Assembly: GCA_951406725.2 (NCBI GenBank)
Contig: OX597819.1
Location: 57,660,001-57,724,000 of the forward strand
DNA length: 64,000 nt
DNA from: Octopus vulgaris
Lineage: Eukaryota
Direction: 5' to 3'
Shown: positions 24,580-37,690 of the stretch, piece by piece
Layout of the letters: each line of letters starts with the position of its first letter
Numbering within the stretch: the first letter of the stretch is position 1
The notes under the pieces: model-generated
What the model was told of the DNA's origin: nothing
Databases searched by the model: none
The model's input: the letters and a program-made list of their open reading frames with translations, nothing else
Made by a program: the position numbers and the translations under genes

Positions 24580-26848
24580 TGCTCAAAATGGTTTCGTCAC
24601 TCGCACGCACCATCTTTGCAACATTCACCCATCTTTTTTTGAATCTTTCGCGAGACAAAACTTCCCTCTTCATTCTCACCTTCCTTTTCAAGTGGTACTT
24701 GAAAAAGTTGATGAGCGATTGGCCAGAGAGGTAAGTGTTTGTCTCTAATCCTTTCGGTCGGGTCCACCACACACATTCTTTCACCATGGCCACCAGTACG
24801 ATGAAAACTGGCTTGCCTCCCCGGTTGAGGGAAGGGGGCGGAGCAATTCTCACGATAGACTCGGCCGACAGGCGGTCTCGTCCCACACGTGACAGCAGCT
24901 GTTCGGCATAAGCCTACAGGTCTGAAATGGTTGGACATTGCACGAGTGCGTGCAGAACGGTTTCGTCGCTCTGACCGCATCTCGGGCAAGTCGGTCCAGT
25001 GTGTCTGGAACCGTGTCTGTAGAGCTTATCCCGAACAGGTAATGCTTCTCGATAGCACTGCCAGGCCAGGGATCTTTGGTGATTGTTCATAGGTCCCGGC
25101 CCGAAAGTTGTCCTGAACAGGTGGGTCAGGTGTTCCTCGTCGACGGCCAGACTCTGCCCGAGTTCGTCGTCGCACCTCCCCTCCACTAATTCTCTATAGA
25201 ATGCCTTTGTTGTGATGGAGTCGCACAAGTTCGATCCCGCACGGCAGAGTTGCTTCAGAGCAACGCGACACTCGCGGTGCCATTCGCCTAGCCTCGGTAT
25301 CTGCTTGATCCATGACTGTAGTTCGTCCAAGGAGACGAGCTGCGGGAAAGCGCGCCGCACAAAAGGCGACCACACCTGTTCACCGTTGTCTATGAAGCGC
25401 CGGAGATGTCGCAGTCTCAGCGCATGTCTGCGCATCATCAACCACGGCATGCCCAGCCCTCCATTTAGCGGGTGTTGACAGCAAATGGATCGCCTAACCA
25501 TCGGAACGTTTCCCTTCCACAGGAAGCGGAAGAGTATACGTTCCAGTTTGGTGATGGTAGGGTCGGGACAGCCTCCAAGTAGTGATGGTCTACCCTATCG
25601 AAAGCTCTTGATTGATCCAAATTGATCAGCGCCCCACCCATGCCAGGATTCTTAACTACCCTGTCTATGATGTAGCGCATCAGATGGAGGTTGTCATGAA
25701 TACTTCTACCCGGCACGGCGCATGTTTGCGCCTTGTCGATTAGTTTCTTGATGACAAGCGCCAACCTCTCGGCTAACACCTTGGCCAAAATTTTCAAATC
25801 TGCGTTGAGCAGAGTGATGGGCCTGAAATTATCTATGATGTCCCCCTTGTTTGGGTCTTTCTTAATCAGTGCCACTGCTCCTCGCTTTACAAAAGCAGGA
25901 ATACTCCCGTTTTGCTGCCAGTTGCAGTAGACAGCTGCCAAGACGCCTGCAAACAAGTCTGGCATATGACAATAAAGTTCGTAGGGCAGACCATCCAAGC
26001 CTGGTGACTTGTCTCTCGCGCAGCCCCCCCATCGCATCCTGTACGTCCGCAGCTGTGATAGGCCTTTCACAAGACTCCACCTCTCTTGCTGAGAGTCGTG
26101 GCAAGGCATGCAGGTAGGCGCTGAAGTCCACTCTGCGTTCTGACCCACCACTTGTCCCAAACAGTTGGGTGAAGTTATGTTGAAAAGCCCCACACATCCT
26201 TTTAGGCTCGAGCAATTCGCGCCCCTGTTCATCTATAAGAGATTTGATGGTGGCTCTGTTGCCTCGTTGCGTCTCCACCACACGGGCCTCTTGGGCGGCT
26301 CCAACTCCTTCGTTCCTCAGAGCACGCATCCTAGCTCTGACAACGCATCCCTCGTGTTTGGCGTTGAGGTGTTGGTCGAGGGCCAATCTCGCCGCTAGCA
26401 CGTTGGACGCGATGCCAGTTCTAAGTGCCTCTTCTAAAACCTTAACTAATTCTCCCTCTATTCTATTTAGGTCTAATGCTAGGGCTTTACTGTATCTGAC
26501 TGATTCTGCTTTAATTGCTTTTTTTATGGCATGCCACCATCTGTTGTTGATGATGGTACCCGTCAAAGCACTCTTAACTAATGTGCTGATCCGGTCCCTG
26601 TAAACCTGTCGTACTGTAAAAGACGCGTTCAGTTTCCAGTAACCAGGACCCTGCCTATGTGTCTTATCTAAGTCAAGTGTACAAGTCACAAACTTGTGAT
26701 CTGTGTAACTGACTATATGAAATTGTGGACAACCTACACTATTTTTATCTTTTGTCCTACAGAATACTCTATCTAAGTATGATCTGGACGACCCGATGCC
26801 GTTACTCCATGTCCACATTGGCACATTCGGGTGGTCCAGAAAGTGCAA
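24580..26848 (-). pseudogene. LINE ORF2 remnant (APE endonuclease C-terminus, partial RT, C-terminal zinc-binding domain)
   Basis: WTW..SRSYLDRVF..TDHK..GPGYWKLNAS; KSPGLDGLPYELY..FRPITLLNADLKILAK..LDQSRAFDRVDH; GGLGMP..LPVRDKL..CPRCGQSDETVLHALVQCP. The QG.PLSP and YADD motifs are missing, and there are frameshifts. Confidence 0.9.
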
Positions 26849-26872
26849 AAAAGGAAAGAGAGAGAGAAAAGG

Positions 26873-29800
26873 TTACTTGTTGTTCGAAAGTCCTTTGTTT
26901 TTCACCTCACAGTCTTCTTCCATGAGGTTTTTATATAGTTTCTTTGATGAATATTTTTGAAATCTCCCTACTGCATCAGGGTAAAGAGATTTCAGGGTGC
27001 TGTATGTGTTCTGTGTTACGTGTATTATTTTAATGTGTTGTGGTGGTGTTGTGCGTGGGTGGTTATTTGTTTTTATGTCGTTTTCAGTTATGTTGGTGTT
27101 TGACCTAATGTGTTCCATTAGGTCGTGGTTGTTTGTGTTTATGGCTGTCAACATTGTTGGGGGGTTTGATGATGGTGTGTTTGTGTTGATGTGTTTGTTT
27201 TCTGTGGATGTTTTTGTTTCGGGAGTGGTGAATCTTCCTGCTTTGTTTGTTATCTTTTCTTTTCTTTTTTCCCCTTTTTCTCCCCCCCACCCTGTGGCTA
27301 TTTGCCAATCTTCTGTGTCTTCTTCGTCTAATGACAAATCAGAGGAATCAGAGCTTGGGAGAGGGAAAATATTGGGGTCTATTGTAGACTGTGTTGATTT
27401 TGTTGTTGGTGTTGGTTGATGAGCGTTAGGTTGTGGTGTATGCGGTTTTGGAGGTGGGGGTGTGGGTATTTTGTGTTTGAGTGATTGTAGGTATTGTGTT
27501 GTTTGGGGTGTCAATTTTGTGGGGATTTGGAGTAGTAATTGTTTCTTCATTTTCGATGAGTGTCTTTTTGGCAGATGTCCTTGGTTTGGGAGTTGGTTTA
27601 TTCTTGGTTGTTGTTGTTGTTGGTGGTGTTGCTTCTGTTATTGGTGCAGTTGGTATGGTTGTTTGGTTGGTGAGGTTTTTTTTTTTGATTTTCTGTGATT
27701 AGTCCTGTTTGTACACATTGTGGTGTGGGTAGTAAAGCTGGCTTTTTTGTTTTTTTCCGGCTGCTGTTGTTATTGCTGTTGTTTTCTTGCGGCATATTTG
27801 CAATCGTTTTTTAGGTGTTGCTCACTGCCGCATATGTAGCAACGTGGTCTTCTGCCATCGACGACCACATACAACTTGTGGTCTTCTGATACACATATCT
27901 GGGTGGGTATTTTCTTTATGTCATCTTGGTTTATATGTAGTAGAAATTCTACTTTTTTTTCCCACCCAGTTTTTGTGTTCCGTGACCGTAGTTTCTAAAA
28001 TTGTGAAATCTTCCATTTTCACACATAAGGCCTTTACTAGCCATAGATTGTTCGCTATTTTTGGGACATTGTTTAAAGTGATCTTAGTCACTTTCTGTCC
28101 ACGATAGCTTGGTGTTAATTGCAGTTCATCTGAATGAAGAGTTAGCGTTGAGAAACGTTTTGCTAACTCTTCAGTGTGGAAGACCACTTGTATGTGTGCG
28201 AACTTGTTCCACCGGGTCACATACTCTTTGTAGTTCCAGATGGGTTTCAAGCATTTTTCGATTTTGCTTGTGTTAGCCTTCTCTGGACTTTGTGTTTTCT
28301 TATTAATTATTTTATATATAATAGTTCTTTTTTTTTTCATTGTCTAATATTTCTTGTGGTATGTTTATTTTTACTATACCATCTACTTCCGTTATTAAAA
28401 TTTTCTTATCTTTTATCTGCTGTGCAGTAAAATATACTGTTGTCTATTTTTCTTTTATCGCCTCGGCGAAATTTGTTGTTGTTTTGTTATTGTTGTTGCT
28501 GGTGGTGATGTTGTTGTTGGCTGCAGTTGGTAAAATCGGTGTATTTGGTTTGATTGTGCAAGTGGGAAGGGGTGAAAAATTACTTGCATAGTGTGTTCCT
28601 GTGTTCGAGCAGCTTTTGTCAATTTGTTTGGTGGTCACTGTCTTTTGTTTATTCCCTTCAGTTCTTGATGTTGGAGTAAACAAGGTCATCTTGGTTTATA
28701 TGTAGTAGAAATTCTACTTTTTTTCCCACCCAGTTTTTGTGTTCCGTGACCGTAGTTTCTAAAATTGTGAAATCTTCCATTTTCACACATAAGGCCTTTA
28801 CTAGCCATAGATTGTTCGCTATTTTTGGGACATTGTTTAAAGTGATCTTAGTCACTTTCTGTCCACGATAGCTTGGTGTTAATTGCAGTTCATCTGAATG
28901 AAGAGTTAGCGTTAAGAAACGTTTTGCTAACTCTTCAGTGTGGAAGACCACTTGTATGTGTGCGAACTTGTTCCACCGGGTCACATACTCTTTGTAGTTC
29001 CAGATGGGTTTCAAGCATTTTTCGATTTTGCTTGTGTTAGCCTTCTCTGGACTTTGTGTTTTCTTATTAATTATTTTATATATAATAGTTCTTTTTTTTC
29101 ATTGTCTAATATTTCTTGTGGTATGTTTATTTTTACTATACCATCTACTTCCGTTATTAAAATTTTCTTATCTTTTATCTGCTGTGCAGTAAAATATACT
29201 GTTGTCTATTTTTCTTTTATCGCCTCGGCGAAATTTGTTGTTGTTTTGTTATTGTTGTTGCTGGTGGTGATGTTGTTGTTGGCTGCAGTTGGTAAAATCG
29301 GTGTATTTGGTTTGATTGTGCAAGTGGGAAGGGGTGAAAAATTACTTGCATAGTGTGTTCCTGTGTTCGAGCAGCTTTTGTCAATTTGTTTGGTGGTCAC
29401 TGTCTTTTGTTTATTCCCTTCAGTTCTTGATGTTGGAGTAAACAAGGTCATCTTGGTTTATATGTAGTAGAAATTCTACTTTTTTTCCCACCCAGTTTTT
29501 GTGTTCCGTGACCGTAGTTTCTAAAATTGTGAAATCTTCCATTTTCACACATAAGGCCTTTACTAGCCATAGATTGTTCGCTATTTTTGGGACATTGTTT
29601 AAAGTGATCTTAGTCACTTTCTGTCCACGATAGCTTGGTGTTAATTGCAGTTCATCTGAATGAAGAGTTAGCGTTGAGAAACGTTTTGCTAACTCTTCAG
29701 TGTGGAAGACCACTTGTATGTGTGCGAACTTGTTCCACCGGGTCACATACTCTTTGTAGTTCCAGATGGGTTTCAAGCATTTTTCGATTTTGCTTGTGTT

Positions 29801-31391
29801 AGCCTTCTCTGGACTTTGTGTTTTCTTATTAATTATTTTATATATAATAGTTCTTTTTTTTTCATTGTCTAATATTTCTTGTGGTATGTTTATTTTTACT
29901 ATACCATCTACTTCCGTTATTAAAATTTTCTTATCTTTTATCTGCTGTGCAGTAAAATATACTGTTGTCTATTTTTCTTTTATCGCCTCGGCGAAATTTG
30001 TTGTTGTTTTGTTATTGTTGTTGCTGGTGGTGATGTTGTTGTTGGCTGCAGTTGGTAAAATCGGTGTATTTGGTTTGATTGTGCAAGTGGGAAGGGGTGA
30101 AAAATTACTTGCATAGTGTGTTCCTGTGTTCGAGCAGCTTTTGTCAATTTGTTTGGTGGTCACTGTCTTTTGTTTATTCCCTTCAGTTCTTGATGTTGGA
30201 GTAAACAAGGTCATCTTGGTTTATATGTAGTAGAAATTCTACTTTTTTTCCCACCCAGTTTTTGTGTTCCGTGACCGTAGTTTCTAAAATTGTGAAATCT
30301 TCCATTTTCACACATAAGGCCTTTACTAGCCATAGATTGTTCGCTATTTTTGGGACATTGTTTAAAGTGATCTTAGTCACTTTCTGTCCACGATAGCTTG
30401 GTGTTAATGTCAGTTCATCTGAATGAAGAGTTAGCGTTGAGAAACGTTTTGCTAAATCTTCAGTGTGGAAGACCACTTGTATGTGTGCGAACTTGTTCCA
30501 CCAGGTCACATACTCTTTGTAGTTCCAGATGGGTTTCAAGCATTTTTCGATTTTGCTTGTGTTAGCCTTCTCTGGACTTTTTGTTTTCTTATTAATTATT
30601 TTGTATATAATAGTTCTTTTTTTTTCATTTTCTAATATTTCTTGTGGTATGTTTATTTTTACTATACCATCTACTTCCGTTATTACAATTTTCGTATCTT
30701 TTATCTGCTGTGCAGTAAAATATACTGTTGTCTTTTTTCTTTTATCGCCTCGGCGAAATTTGTTGTTGTTTTGTTATTGTTGTTGCTGGTGGTGATGTTG
30801 TTGTTGGCTGCAGTTGGTAAAATCGGTGTATTTGGTTTGATTGTGCAAGCAGGAAGGGGTGGAAAATTACTTGCATAGTTTGTCCCTGTGTTCGAGCAGC
30901 TTCTGTCAATTTGTTTGGTGGTCACAGTCTTTTGTTTATTCCCTTCAGTTCTTGTTGTTGGAAGAAACAAGGTCTGAACGGAATTGTTGTTGTTGTTATT
31001 GTTGTTTTTGTTGTTGGTGTTGGCGGTGGTGTCAGTGGCAGAAGAGACAGCCGTGGCAGCAGATGTCGAAATGGTGGCGCAATTGTTGTTATTCTTGTTG
31101 TCATTGTTATTGTTGTTTTTGTTGGTAGTTGAGGTAGTGGATGAGGTGGCGGTGGTGGTGGTGGTGGAGGCGGTGGTGGTAGCAGTAGTAGTCTCGTTGT
31201 TGTTGTTGTTGTTAGTGGTGGTGGTGACAGTGCTGTTATCGCAAGTGGTTGCAGCGTTCACTACCACGTCATTCAGGTTTGCACTTTGCGTGCATGAGTT
31301 CTTTTTTTTCTTCTCCTAGCGTTTCCAGACTAGGAAAATGTTGGTCGATAAAGGAACGCGACCAGCGTTCTACAATACAATTTCTCGACAT
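26873..31391 (-). pseudogene. LINE ORF1 (gag-like; low-complexity T/N-rich N-terminus, putative RRM-like region, CCHC knuckle), disrupted
   Basis: Probable ATG at 31391. RRPRCYICGSEQHLKNDC (CX2CX4HX4C) at ~27798-27850. Stop at 26873. Broken by homopolymer frameshifts, stops and the tandem repeat. Confidence 0.75.
27920..30974. repeat. Four tandem copies of a ~763 bp ORF1 segment
   Basis: Unit starts at 27920, 28685, 29447 and 30210 and ends at ~30972 (periods 765/762/763/762); GTC microhomology at the junction. Confidence 0.95.
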
Positions 31392-31598
31392 TTTGAAAAT
31401 GTCGAGAAGAAAATTACACAAATGTAATAGGGTTGAAACTGCCCCTAGGGGCGAATTCCTCCCTCGGAAAAGCACTCAAACGAAAGTTGGGTGCCTTACA
31501 CACCTTATTTATAAAAATGTACACAAAATATGGGCTATAAATAGTCAAAATAAACGATTACCTTCGGAGCCGAAGTGACAGCACGTCCGTAGATGGAG

Positions 31599-31708
<110 letters not shown>

Positions 31709-32171
31709 ATATTTCTCTTGCCTTTTAGGTTTTAATTTTCTAAGTTAATTATTGATCTATACATCACATGAGTCACTAGAATGTAAGTATTATTAACTTT
31801 TCTTGCGTGATACTGAATTTAGGTTTGACGTCAGATCAGGGATTCAAGAACTTCAGAAGGAAGCAGAAAATATTTCAATTGATAACTTAATGAGGGAAGA
31901 GCCGAATCTAAGAATAAATATGATTTTGTGAATGGCTGGAGTATTACTATTTCACTAGGCCGATGTTGATTGATCCTTGGATAGCGGAGATAGAAACGCG
32001 CCTCACTGTGAACCAAATGAACCAGGGCATTTACAAATGGCATGAACGCTGCTTAGCAGGAACTGATCTAAGTGTCAAACCTGCTTAGACATCTTCGTTT
32101 ACGTATATTCAATAATAATAATAATTATTATTATTATTATTATTATTATTATAGTTACAATAAATATAGTA

Positions 32172-32213
<42 letters not shown>

Positions 32214-32214
32214 A

Positions 32215-32764
32215 TGTTAATGCCTTGATGCAGTACCAGGTGCTGACTCTCATGGCTTCTGATTTTCATTGATTGGAAATCTTACCTTGTACATGTTTTG
32301 TACTGATATAAAGGATGGGCTACAGCAAACATTCTGCTCGATACCACAGATTTGCCTGTTGGTCATTTAACCATAACCATTTGAGTATGTCCCTTTGTGG
32401 CTGAGGATATGTGCATCTCTGATCGGGAGGAAAAGTAGTGGTGGACCATCATCACCATGTGAGGAGAGGGATTCATTGGAGTTTGAATAATTCCCCTCTG
32501 GAAACATGGGTGCTTCGTTCTTAATCCTTAAACAAGGGCCATTTGAGAAAAATAGACTACTCGACGTGAAGAAAATTTTAACTTGGGCCCCACCTGCAAG
32601 TTTATGCACCGTTTATCTTGATATGAGATCACCATGTTGCGCACATATGGTTGTGATGCATGTGCCTAGCATACCCTTACCAGATGGGTAATCATGATTG
32701 GTATACTGGGCTTTGTATATTTTACCCCAGTGTCATTCTGATGGCATGCACTGCTTTTTCCTTC
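32215..32764. repeat. Unclassified ~550 bp segment between (GAT)n and (AAT)n tracts, probably an interspersed repeat
   Basis: More GC-rich than its flanks and sharply bounded by trinucleotide tracts; no second copy in the window. Confidence 0.4.
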
Positions 32765-32804
<40 letters not shown>

Positions 32805-32955
32805 TGAAGAAGAAGAAGATGAAGAAAACGAAGAAGAAGATGAAGAAAACGAAGAAGAAGATGAAGAAAAAGAAGAAGAAGATGAAGAAAAAGAAGAAGA
32901 AGAAGAAGAAGAAGAAGAAGAAGAAGAAGAAGAAGAAGAAGAAGAAGAAGAAGAA
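32765..32955. repeat. (AAT)n/(GAA)n microsatellite
   Basis: Read directly. Confidence 0.95.
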
Positions 32956-33758
32956 ATACTGTGAATAGGATGAAATAAAATAACTAATAAGCATATAGAA
33001 TAAAACAGAATTTAAACAAACGTTTTAGTAATTTCAAATGAACTAAATAAACACTTATATTGGCAAAAAATATAAAACATATTGACATGAAAGGGAAGCT
33101 AAAATAAATATATCAAATATAATTAAATGAAAAACAAAGTAATAAATATATTAAACATGTTTTTTAGATGTATAGATCAATAATGAATCTAGAAAATTAA
33201 AATCTAAAATGCATGAGAAAAATATATATATAAGTTCATGTATTTTATAAAACAAATTAAAATGAATTCAAAGATCACAAAGCAGAATAAAACAAAATGT
33301 TATAACTTTTATTTTCAAATCATAATAAACCATAGATAATATGTTCAATTTGACCTCCATCTTTCACGTATAATTTTCATGTATCTTTTTTTTATCAAAA
33401 TTTTACCTTAGTTTTGAAGATGACTCCATATTTCTGATAGTTTTACATGCCGTATAATAAGTGTTGCAAACCCTGACCTAATTCGCATGGTTGTATTTTT
33501 CAGAAAATATACTGAAAATCAATATTCAATTTATTGCGATACTCATTCCGTATTAATCATGAGGTCTGATCGTGAAGGTGAAAAGGGAGCCAACGAGCAC
33601 CTCCTATTCTGACAAGCTGTTTGTAGGCTCAAGTGAGTAGAGAAAATCACAAATAATTGAGAATGCATTGACTTTAAATCATATAAAAATCCTATGCTCT
33701 GAAGAACATACTTATTTATCAATGCTACAATGTTACCATCAAAATTTCCGTATGATAA

Positions 33759-34129
33759 GGCGGCGAGCTGGCAGAAACGTTAGCAGGCCGGGCGAATTGC
33801 ATAGCCGTAATTCGTCTGCCGTTACGTTCTGAATTCAAATTCCTTTCGGGGTCGATAAATTAAGTACCAGTTACGCACTGGGGTCGATATAATCGACTTA
33901 ATCCGTTTGTCTGTCCTTGTTTGTCCTCTGTGAGTTTAGCCCCTTGTGGGTAGTAAAGAAATATGTATTTCATCTGTCTTTACGCTCTGAGTTGGAATTC
34001 CGTCGAGGTCTACTTTGCCTTTCATCGCTTAGGGTTCGATAAAATAAGTGTCAGTTAGGAACTGGGGTCGACATAATCCACTTTACCTGCCACTGAAATG
34101 GCTGGCTTGAGCCAAAATTTGAGAACAGT
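33759..34129 (+). mobile_element. Dimeric Nin/Deu-domain SINE (family C, GGCGGCGAGCTGGCAG head) with 11-bp TSD
   Basis: Two monomers containing CCTTTCGGGGTCGATAAATTAAGTACC-type cores; TSD ATTTCCGTATG at 33744-33754 and 34130-34140. Confidence 0.88.
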
Positions 34130-34918
34130 ATTTCCGTATGTCATGGCTATTTCCATACCCATATCCATAATGATTTGAACATATTTCTAGAAGCTAGAAT
34201 ATCGTAGTCTTAATGTATATCATCGGAAGATACAAATAAACAATGAGTAAGCGACATTTACAATAATATTTATGGAAAACAAATCTGCTGAACTTTAAGT
34301 CTTTGTTAAGAGAATATAATTCTGAGATTACAAATACATGTGCATCGGATCTCATACAATAGACGATGTAATAGGTAAGTGTTTCTAGTGATACTTTACT
34401 CATTATACTTAGGAAACGACAACCCTTTGCATGCATCACTAATAAGTCGAAAATAAGATGCAAAAGTGCCAAAAAGATCGTGTAAATGCCGGCACCTCAA
34501 GCGATACAGAATCTCGATCATATATTATATAGTTTGTTAATCATACCCGCAAATTCCTAGATACGGTCCGTAATTTAATCCTCACACAATCTGCAGTAAA
34601 ATTTTGGCATTCTAAAATCTAAAATAAAAATACTCATTTTTTAATAACTCCAGTGCCTAACGTGTTTTTCTTCTTCACATGCTTTGTGCATATAGCTTGT
34701 TTTTATTGATCTCGACATATTTCCCAGCATACGCTTGCTCCTTTATTGGTTTCTGTTTTATTATTTTTGAGCATATACCAATCGTAAATAATTTCTCTTC
34801 CTATTTCATTTTAATCCAATAGTACTTCTTTCAACTTCATTCCCGCAACACGTTTTCTCACTGATACTTTTTTGTTTAAATTATAACTAATTTTTGCCCA
34901 CAAAGTAATTTAACGTTT

Positions 34919-35272
34919 AACAAGAGCACTCAGAGAGAGCAAACCTCTGCCAGGTCAACACTGACGGGCTCTCAACGATTAAGCGGGAATTATTTGTAAT
35001 ATGAGAATACCTGAAATAAACTCGACTGCTCTCACAAACGAGAATACTAAAAATGAACACGACCGCTCTCAAAAATCAAGAAAAATAATCCAGAATCCTT
35101 TTCCGATATCGGATTGATGTCAAAATCTAATCACGTAATACCATTTACAAAGCCAACCAGCCCTGAAAATTTCATCCGAATTCATGCAGCGATTCTTGAA
35201 ATATCTTGTCTACAGACAAACAAACAAATACGAGTGAAAACAATACCTCCGTTTTAGCGAAGGGAGAGGTAA
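34919..35272 (+). mobile_element. Non-autonomous Helentron/HINE-like element
   Basis: Starts ACAAGAGCACTCAGAGAGAGCAAACCTCTGCC, has an internal (CAAA)n tract, and ends in the AAAACAATACCTCC..GAGAGGTAA hairpin. Confidence 0.55.
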
Positions 35273-37099
35273 CTAGGATACGGCAGGCTTATATTTGGTA
35301 TGGGGTTCCTTCTCGAACCCGACGGATATTGAATTTAACTACTAACACATATATATTATGTATGCATTAGATACTTTGTGTTGCTTTACTTAAATATAGC
35401 TGCAAAGTCACAACCAATTCAAAATAAAACCTGTAGCGCAAATTGTAGACGAAAAAATACTACACTCTGTGTAAAACGTGAAGTTTTACAAATATTTATA
35501 GCGGCAGAAAAGTTCAGTCATCTTCAAAAGCATTTACACTTGCAAACGTGGCAATAAAGACAAAATTAGTTCGAGCGTTCAAATAGTTACTCTGTTAATT
35601 ACTCGAACATTGATTTTCTCATTTTGTTTTTTCAAAGTTCTAAAATTATGATTAAAATGTAGCAGCACTTTTCTAAGTGGATCACGATCAGACAGACAGA
35701 ACGTAATGTGCTGATAAACATTAATGTGATTCAAGCGGTAGCTAAAATTTTCTATGAGGATCTTGTTAGTCAAGGCTGATTTGAAAGGTTTCCAGCGATA
35801 AAACTACCAATGTAAATTATCAGTAATGCGGGTACCAGTAATTATTCTGGGTTGCTGAAAAACCACGTTACTTCCTGGTTTAAGTAATAAACAGGAAAAT
35901 GTGTACAAATCTAATAAAAATGTTACTCTGAAAGCGCATGCAGAGCAAGGCTTATATTTCTACTGAGAAAAGAGAATCATCTTCAGGCTTTCAGAGTCCA
36001 GAACTCGCTTGACTTATCATGTGGGAAGATAAACTCTGATGATATTACAATATGGTTCATGGCTGTGTACCCTTCGAAATTCCCAACAGATTCCAGTTGC
36101 TACATTAAGTTCAATCGATCTTCCTACGATTGGCCATTTCAGAAATTGTGAATTACATGTCATTTCTAAGACTGCTTTACGAACATAATTTGCTCTGCTG
36201 ATAAAAGGAAGTGTCGAGACTAACACAATGCTCAAAGTCTCCAGTGAAGTTATCCACCAGTTTTGATAATGTCATCGTGTAATATTATCCTAAATTACTC
36301 AAGTCATATTATCTGAGGACTTTCAAATAACTCATAAAATTAATTGATGAGGGATTATAAATCAGGGGTTATAGAATTCTGGAAAAAATTCAGTTTAACC
36401 ATAGTGGATTCATGGGATGGAGAGCATCCCTGAAATATGGTATTTTTTCGCCAAACAACATCCGAGATGGAATCGAGTCCCACAAAGAGTGACAGTATAT
36501 CAAGTTCAGTATAGCAGCGCAACTCTGAAAATTGATGGAGACGTTAATATATTCTATATAATTCCATTGATTTGCTAGTTTCAGAGGAGGGAATTCCAAC
36601 CACGTTTCTTGGTTCGCTACCGCAACAGCTCCTTTATAGTATCCAGTGGCTAAGGACATCACCAGGAGGAACCGCGTCCGTATTCTGTCCCTACTCCTCT
36701 ACCGTTTTCGGCGTGGCGGCCCTCATCCCCTTTCGAGGGTGTCTTCAGCTCTGGTATTGAGAGCCTTTTTTTTCCTTCTTTTTTTTGCCTTTTGTTTGTT
36801 GATTTCTTTCATGCTGCGTCAATGGATGTCAGCGGCTGAATGACCACCTTGCCAAATTTCGCAGTAAATACTTGCCGGTAGGCTCCACCACTGACAAAAC
36901 TGTAAGCTTCAACTGTCCAATGGAGGGGAAGTGCGAGTAGTTTTGGCCCACGCCCTCTCTAGACTTATCTTCCAACAAAGTCATGTTAGTTTTAGCTCCA
37001 GCACCCAGAGCCGACTAGCTGTCTAGTGGTACAAGCCTTCGAACTATCGGGTTGGACGGCTTGCAATGAACGAGATGGTTCACCTGGCCCACCGTCACG

Positions 37100-37690
37100 A
37101 TTTACCAGCTGGTAATACTCGACAGTCCACCCCTGTTTCTTGCACTCTTCGATTAATCTCTCATACTTCCTCTCCTTCCGTTGCTCGGCATTAGCGGTGT
37201 CCTCTTCCCATGGCACTGTCAGCTCTAGCAAAATTCCAATTTTCCATTCTGTGTGCAATAAAATTAAGTCCAGTATTTTTATTGTTTTTACGAGTGAAAA
37301 TATCAACAGACTTTTCAAATCCGCGGCCAGCTCCGAGTATCCATCTTTCGTCTGTTTCGTATACTTTTTTGGAGGCCTGGTCTTATGTCTTTTTCCCTCA
37401 TGGAAATATATCCTCCCGTGCTTTTCCACTTTTGGGTACTCTATCCTATTATATCTCTCGATCTTCTCCTTGAGTATTGCGGTTATGACACCGAGGACTT
37501 CGTTGTGACGCCATGTTTATCTGTCTAGTGCTAGCCTGCAGTTTGACAGAACATATCTCACCGTCGCTTTCTCTCCGCCTCTACATTCATCAGTCGTTTG
37601 TACGTTCCACCGGACTAAATTTGCTGGTGAAGGCAAAACGTCGAAAGTAAACATGATTAAGAAGGATGTCCTTGCTTGTTCCCCAGCTCC
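37100..37690 (-). mobile_element. 3' fragment of a restriction-like-endonuclease non-LTR retrotransposon (Hero/NeSL/R2-group)
   Basis: DVLPSPANLVRW..C..ATVRYVLSNC..LDR*TWRHNEVL and LDLILL..ILLELTVPWEE..AEQRKERKYERLIEECKKQGW (decayed PD-(D/E)xK motif). Confidence 0.85.

Noticed and set aside
27920-30974. Tandem array as a gene cluster or CRISPR-like array
   Set aside because: Units are contiguous copies of a LINE ORF1 segment with no spacers and with stops.
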